Below, piece by piece: positions 59,313-64,000 of a DNA stretch of 64,000 bases (position 1 is its first letter; every line of letters starts with the position of its first letter). Location of the stretch: NCBI GenBank assembly GCA_003153375.1, contig PLYM01000217.1, positions 7,558 through 71,557 of the forward strand, written 5' to 3'. A program made the position numbers and the translations under genes. The notes under the pieces are model-generated. The model had not been told where the DNA came from. It saw nothing but the letters and a program-made list of their open reading frames with translations, and did not search any database. This DNA is from Planctomycetaceae bacterium (lineage in GTDB: Bacteria; Planctomycetota; Planctomycetia; Pirellulales; PALSA-1355).

Positions 59313-60578
59313 TCATGCTGCGCGGATCGCTTTGCCCAAGGCTGCGATTCCTCGGCGGATGTTCTCGGGCGATTGGACGCCAAAGCTGAGTCGAATCGTA
59401 TTGACGCGACGCGGCTCGCCTTCGGCCGGATAGCAATACTCACCCGGCACATAGATCACGCCCTCGTCCATGGCATGCTGAATGAGCGTGCCGCTGGGAC
59501 CAGCGTCCAGGCCGTCTGGCAATTCGAGCCACACGTACAAGCCGCCGGTTGGCCGGCGCCAGCGGACCCCGGGAATGCCCGCGAGGTACTCGTCCAGTGC
59601 ATCGAGCATTGCGGCCAGCTTTTTGGCGTAGCTCTTTTGCAGCGCGGCCACGTGCGGCTCGAACAGCCCGCGCTCGAGCACGGCGGCCATCAGGTGCTGA
59701 TTGAGGTGCGGCGAGCCGAAGTCGATATTGCCCTTCAGGGCCGCCACCGGCCCAACCAACTCCGTGGGCAGAATTCCCCAGCCCACGCGCACGCCCGGCG
59801 AAAACGATTTGGAAAACGTTTCGGCGACGATCACCGTGTCGCCCGTGGTGTCAAAGCTGCGCAAGCTCGGCAGATCGGGTCCCGTGTAACGAAGGGGCCG
59901 ATAGGCTGCGTCGTCGATGACATAGATGGTTGCCTGGCGAGACCAGCGCTTGGCAATTTCGACCAACTCCGCGCGTCGCTCGAGCGACAGGGTCACGGTG
60001 CTCGGGTTCTCGAAATAGCTGGTTACATAAATGGCTTTGACACGCGCCAGCTCCCCTGCCTCGTGTCGCCGCGCGAGTTCCTCATCCAAGGCCTCGCCGA
60101 TCATGCCTTGCTCGTCGATGGCCACGCCGACCGATCGAGCGCCTACGCTGGCAAGCATGCCCAAGAAAACAAAGTAGGTCGGTGCCGCGCAGATCACCAA
60201 ATCACCCGGATCGAGCAGCACATCTCCCAGCAAATGCAGCAGTTGGTTGCTGCCGGCCGTAAGAATCACCTGGTCGACTGACGGCAAGGGGCCGGCCTGG
60301 TCGCCATCGGCAGCTAGAAATCGCGCCAGCACGGCTTCGCGCAAGGGAGCATAGCCGGCGTTGGTGCCATATTGCAGGGCCGCGCGGCCCCGGGGAATGT
60401 CGGCCAGGACGCTTTGCAGGGCCTCCCGCGTGGCCTCGACCGGGAGCGTCTCCTGGTCGACGAATCCCGCGGCCAGCGAGATCAATTCCGGACGCACGAG
60501 CGCCAATCGCATCAACTCACTAATGGGTTGTGGCCCTGAGAAGTGAGCGCGTTGACTGAGTTGGTGCGAAACGGGCAT
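59313..60578 (-). CDS. PLP-dependent aminotransferase class I/II (LysN-like)
   Basis: ISLAAG, LQYG, DDAAY, TFSKSFSPGVRVGW, IRLSF. Confidence 0.92.
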   Translation of the reverse strand: MPVSHQLSQRAHFSGPQPISELMRLALVRPELISLAAGFVDQETLPVEATREALQSVLADIPRGRAALQYGTNAGYAPLREAVLARFLAADGDQAGPLPSVDQVILTAGSNQLLHLLGDVLLDPGDLVICAAPTYFVFLGMLASVGARSVGVAIDEQGMIGEALDEELARRHEAGELARVKAIYVTSYFENPSTVTLSLERRAELVEIAKRWSRQATIYVIDDAAYRPLRYTGPDLPSLRSFDTTGDTVIVAETFSKSFSPGVRVGWGILPTELVGPVAALKGNIDFGSPHLNQHLMAAVLERGLFEPHVAALQKSYAKKLAAMLDALDEYLAGIPGVRWRRPTGGLYVWLELPDGLDAGPSGTLIQHAMDEGVIYVPGEYCYPAEGEPRRVNTIRLSFGVQSPENIRRGIAALGKAIRAA

Positions 60579-60616
60579 GGCGGAGATTCCCAAAACGGTC
60601 GCGAGAAAGCGCGGGA

Positions 60617-60645
60617 ACAATATGTAAGTTATTACCAACAGTCAA
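60617..60645 (-). promoter_or_regulatory. Sigma70 promoter with an internal palindromic operator
   Basis: TTGACT-N17-TATTGT; GTAA-N4-TTAC at 60624-60635 in the spacer. Confidence 0.55.
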
Positions 60646-60744
60646 GATCGGTCAACGTTCCCCGGCCTCATCAAGGGCGGGCCGTGGCCCGGTGTCGTCA
60701 GGATAAAGCTCAATCCAGGCCGCTTTGGCCTGCACCGTGCGGTG

Positions 60745-60893
60745 CTAGCTGCCATGGGGCCGAATGCGATTGAGGATCGCCAGCAGCACCTTCTGATTGA
60801 CCGGTTTGACAGAATGAGCGTTAGAGCCGTGGCCGGCGAGCGCCTGTGATCTTCGGACTGGCCATAACCAGACACTGGCAGCAGGGCTACCCG
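60745..60893 (-). pseudogene. Frameshifted remnant of a CheY-like receiver domain C-terminus
   Basis: RVALLPVSGYGQSEDHRRS, then in another frame NAHSVKPVNQKVLLAILNR..*. Confidence 0.6.
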
Positions 60894-61042
60894 GTTGAAT
60901 GGCCGTTAGGAGTCGTCCATAATTCGCGGCATGAGACCTTGCGGCCAGGCCGGAGTTGGCGTTCGCTTACCTTGTTATCGCCATTGCTTCGCCGGCAAGC
61001 AGTCATCTTCATTTCGACAGGCAAATCGGGAATTTCTCTAGC

Positions 61043-62980
61043 ATGATCGCACGGCACACGGCGGAGTGTTATCGAGTCGCGCTTCTGGTCACGATCTTAG
61101 CAATCGGCTCGGCGGCACACGTGCCAGCGCAGCAGCCGGCCAAGCCGGGCGAATGGCGCTCCTACGGCAGCGACAACGCCAGCACGAAGTATTCTCCACT
61201 GGATCAGATCAACCGCGACAACGCCAACAAGCTCGCCGTCGCGTGGTCGTGGGATTCGCCCGACCTGAAGCTGCAGAAGGAACAGAGTGGCCTCACTTCG
61301 TTCGCCTATGAGTCGACGCCGCTGATGGTCGGCGGCGTGCTCTATACGAGCACTTCGGTTTCGCAGGTCGCGGCCATTAATCCGCAAACCGGAGAGACGA
61401 TCTGGGTTTTCAATCCCGAAGCGTACAAGGCCGGCCGCCCCACGAATCTGGGCTATGTGCACCGCGGCGTGGCCTATTGGACCGATGGGACGCAGGAACG
61501 CATTTACCTGGCGGCTCACAATGCGTTTCTATACGCCATCGATGCCAAAACCGGAAACCTGGTGAGCGAATTTGGCAATGACGGCAAGGTCGACCTGACC
61601 AAGGCGATCCCGCTGGCGATCAACGCGCGGAACTACACGATGACCTCACCGCCGCTGGTGTGCCGCGACGTGGTGGTGGTGGGTTCCTCGATCAGCGACG
61701 GGCCGCAGAATAAGGAAGGCCCCCGTGGGGACGTGCAGGCTTTCGACGCGCGAACCGGCAAGCCGGCCTGGATTTTCCACGTCGTTCCCCAGGCCGGCGA
61801 ATTCGGCAACGACACTTGGGAAGGTGATTCGTGGAAGTATACCGGCAACGCCAACGTCTGGACGCTGATGAGCGCCGACGATGCGTTGGGCTATGTCTAC
61901 CTGCCCTTCAGCACGCCCACCAACGATTGGTACGGCGGCCACCGTCTGGGCAACGGACTATTCGCCGAGTCGCTCGTTTGCGTCGAAGCCGCGACCGGCA
62001 AGCGCGTTTGGCACTTTCAGACCGTGCATCACGGGCTGTGGGATTATGACCTGCCGGGCGCGCCGGTCTTGTGCGACATCACGGTCGACGGCCAGCCGAT
62101 CAAGGCCGTGGCGCAAATCACGAAGACCGGGTTCACCTTCGTCTTTGACCGCACCAACGGGAAGCCGGTGTGGCCGATCGAGGAGCGTCCCGTGCCGCCG
62201 TCGAATGTGCCCGGCGAGCGCGCCGCGCCGACGCAGCCGTTCCCGACTCGGCCGGCTCCCTATGAGACGCAAGGCTCGACCGAAGAGAACCTGATCGACT
62301 TTTCGCCCGAGCTGCGCGCGGATGCCAAGAAGATCCTGGATCAATACGATCACGGTCCGCTGTTTACGCCCCCTTCGGAGAAGGGGACCTTGAATCTGCC
62401 CGGCTGGGCCGGCGGCGCCAACTGGTGGGGCGCGGCCTTCGATCCCGATACGCACTTGTTCTACGTGCCGTCGATGTCGATGCCGATCTCCGTCAAGTTG
62501 ACGAAGCCCGACGCGGCCCGCTCGAACCTGAATTTCATTCGTGGCGGCGGAGCCTTCGGCACGCCGGTGCAAGGGCCCCAGGGTTTGCCGCTGTTCAAGC
62601 CGCCGTATGGACGCATCACGGCCATCAATTTGAATACAGGCGATCACGCCTGGATGATTCCGCACGGCGACGGTCCGCGACAACGAGTCCAGGAGCTCAC
62701 GGGCAAGGATCCCGGCCCGCTCGGCGGTGGCGGCGGTGGACCCTTGTTGACCAAAACATTGTTGTTTGTCGGACAGGGTGCTGCCGGCCGCGGCGGCCGA
62801 GCCAAGGGAGGGGCCAATGTGATTCGGGCTTTCGACAAAGCCGACGGCCATGTCGTGGCAGAAGTTGTGCTGCCAGCTTCGCCGAGCGGAACGCCCATGA
62901 CCTATCTGGCGGGCGGCAAACAGTACATCGTCGTGGCCACGAACGACAGCAAGTTGGTGGCCTTGCGACTTCCGGATTGA
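61043..62980 (+). CDS. PQQ-dependent dehydrogenase (quinoprotein glucose dehydrogenase-like), soluble/exported
   Basis: [59 protein letters not shown]. Confidence 0.92.
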   Translation: MIARHTAECYRVALLVTILAIGSAAHVPAQQPAKPGEWRSYGSDNASTKYSPLDQINRDNANKLAVAWSWDSPDLKLQKEQSGLTSFAYESTPLMVGGVLYTSTSVSQVAAINPQTGETIWVFNPEAYKAGRPTNLGYVHRGVAYWTDGTQERIYLAAHNAFLYAIDAKTGNLVSEFGNDGKVDLTKAIPLAINARNYTMTSPPLVCRDVVVVGSSISDGPQNKEGPRGDVQAFDARTGKPAWIFHVVPQAGEFGNDTWEGDSWKYTGNANVWTLMSADDALGYVYLPFSTPTNDWYGGHRLGNGLFAESLVCVEAATGKRVWHFQTVHHGLWDYDLPGAPVLCDITVDGQPIKAVAQITKTGFTFVFDRTNGKPVWPIEERPVPPSNVPGERAAPTQPFPTRPAPYETQGSTEENLIDFSPELRADAKKILDQYDHGPLFTPPSEKGTLNLPGWAGGANWWGAAFDPDTHLFYVPSMSMPISVKLTKPDAARSNLNFIRGGGAFGTPVQGPQGLPLFKPPYGRITAINLNTGDHAWMIPHGDGPRQRVQELTGKDPGPLGGGGGGPLLTKTLLFVGQGAAGRGGRAKGGANVIRAFDKADGHVVAEVVLPASPSGTPMTYLAGGKQYIVVATNDSKLVALRLPD

Positions 62981-63020
62981 AGTTCTTGAATCCTCTTTTG
63001 CGACCGAAAGCAAACTACTC

Positions 63021-63584
63021 ATGGCTTCCCGACGACTCGTCCTCGCACTCGGCCTGCTGCTCTCGTTTGCTGTTCGTGCCAGCGCCCAATTGCCGGCCGA
63101 CGCCGTGATGTTGGACAAGGTGAAGATTCCCGAGAAGCAGAAGGCCGTGGATCTTTGTCCTGTGTATTTGGAGCCGTCCGATCCCAAACTGCCAACGTGG
63201 AAATTCAAAGGTGTTGCCTACCGCGGCAGTCAGCCGGACGCCGAGAAGAAATTTCGCGAGAATCCCGATCGCTATGTCAAAGCCGCCGAAAAGCAGCGGT
63301 TCGTGAACAACTTCATGCAGGCCATGAGCACGGTGTGGTGCCCGGTGACGGACGAAATTACTCCCGGCGGCATGACCCAATGGCAGCGATTGGGATTCAC
63401 GTTCGAGAGTTGTTGCGCGTTTTGCGACGAGAGTTTCGAGGAAGAGCAATTCGCGGTCGCGCTGAAAAAGCTCAAAGCGCGGGCCGAAAAGACTTACGAT
63501 CTGATTGGCGCCAAGTACACCGAGGGGGCCAAGAGCCCGGTCGAGGGGGCGATCAAGAAGCCTGAGCCGAAGACCGAGCCCTAA
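63021..63584 (+). CDS. Exported protein with two YHS/TRASH-like motifs
   Basis: Signal peptide; DLCPV...FKGVAY...KFRENPDRY and WCPVT...ESCCAFC. Confidence 0.7.
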   Translation: MASRRLVLALGLLLSFAVRASAQLPADAVMLDKVKIPEKQKAVDLCPVYLEPSDPKLPTWKFKGVAYRGSQPDAEKKFRENPDRYVKAAEKQRFVNNFMQAMSTVWCPVTDEITPGGMTQWQRLGFTFESCCAFCDESFEEEQFAVALKKLKARAEKTYDLIGAKYTEGAKSPVEGAIKKPEPKTEP

Positions 63585-63595
63585 GTCGACCGCTC

Positions 63596-64000
63596 TCAGA
63601 TTCCTTCGACGTTTTCGCCGCCGTTGCGCGTGGCCAGGCCTCGCCACAGCGGCAGGTCGATCGCGTCGATGACAAATCTCACGCTGCCGTCGCAGAACAA
63701 CACTTCCACTCCACCGGGGTGATAACTGCGAGACGTCATCAGGCCTTTCTGCTGCGTCTGGTCCATGCAGTCCCACTGCGGAGCGTTCGGCGCGAGATAG
63801 TGGTTGTAAACCGTATTGCCGTAATTGCCCAGGATCCATTTAGCGCTGCGTTGTCCGTACCAGGTGCCCGATGACGCCGACTGACAATTCGAGGCCGTGA
63901 CGTCGACGCCGCTGTTGAGTTGGAGAACAGTCAATTGCGCAGCGGGCATGGTCGTGGTCGCCGGCGCGCCGTCGCCCAGCATCCGCTCGGCAAAGGCGGC
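63596..64000 (-). CDS. DUF1559 (SBP_bac_10) protein, C-terminal part; 5' end outside window
   Basis: YNHYLAPN, SYHPGGVEVLFCDGSVRF (H-X9-DG motif), TRNGGE. Confidence 0.92.
   Translation of the reverse strand, partial: AAFAERMLGDGAPATTTMPAAQLTVLQLNSGVDVTASNCQSASSGTWYGQRSAKWILGNYGNTVYNHYLAPNAPQWDCMDQTQQKGLMTSRSYHPGGVEVLFCDGSVRFVIDAIDLPLWRGLATRNGGENVEGI

Noticed and set aside
60667-60705. SAM-I riboswitch-like start CTCATCAAG...TGGCCCGGTG
   Set aside because: Lacks the GAGGGA, GCAACC and closing GAT elements, and no methionine-related gene lies downstream
62030-62060. Lanthanide-dependent PQQ enzyme suggested by WDYD
   Set aside because: The GDH-like clade carries WDxD regardless; there is no XoxF/ExaF-type vicinal Cys pair, so the motif is not diagnostic

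Overview
High-GC bacterial chromosomal window whose gene content (DUF1559 protein, PEP-CTERM, SHD1, ThuA-like and STN-like proteins, isolated murD) points to a Planctomycetota, probably Pirellulales-like, genome (inference). It holds about 55 protein genes. Housekeeping genes include ligA, fumC, putA, rlmN, rlmI-like, hemW, murD, an RNase Z-like MBL hydrolase and LptF/G. There is a complete RDD-SpoIIM-DUF4129-DUF4350-MoxR-DUF58 operon, and a four-gene circularly permuted ATP-grasp/alpha-E/transglutaminase module behind a sigma54-like promoter. A cyanophycinase and an isoaspartyl peptidase, both apparently exported, lie convergent to each other. No rRNA, tRNA, CRISPR array, transposase or integrase was recognised. 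The most unusual signals: (1) a promoter-to-terminator unit of about 260 nt (55928-56188, minus strand) with a 12-nt anti-16S Shine-Dalgarno, a 10-codon ORF and dense structure; (2) a second small structured transcript candidate at 40387-40498; (3) a Cys-rich leader-like ORF followed by an exported CC-x5-repeat metallothionein-like protein (44622-45518); (4) an RmuC/DUF2130-like coiled-coil nuclease with a SOS-box-like site. Several gene remnants were also found. Family names come from motif recognition, not database searches.
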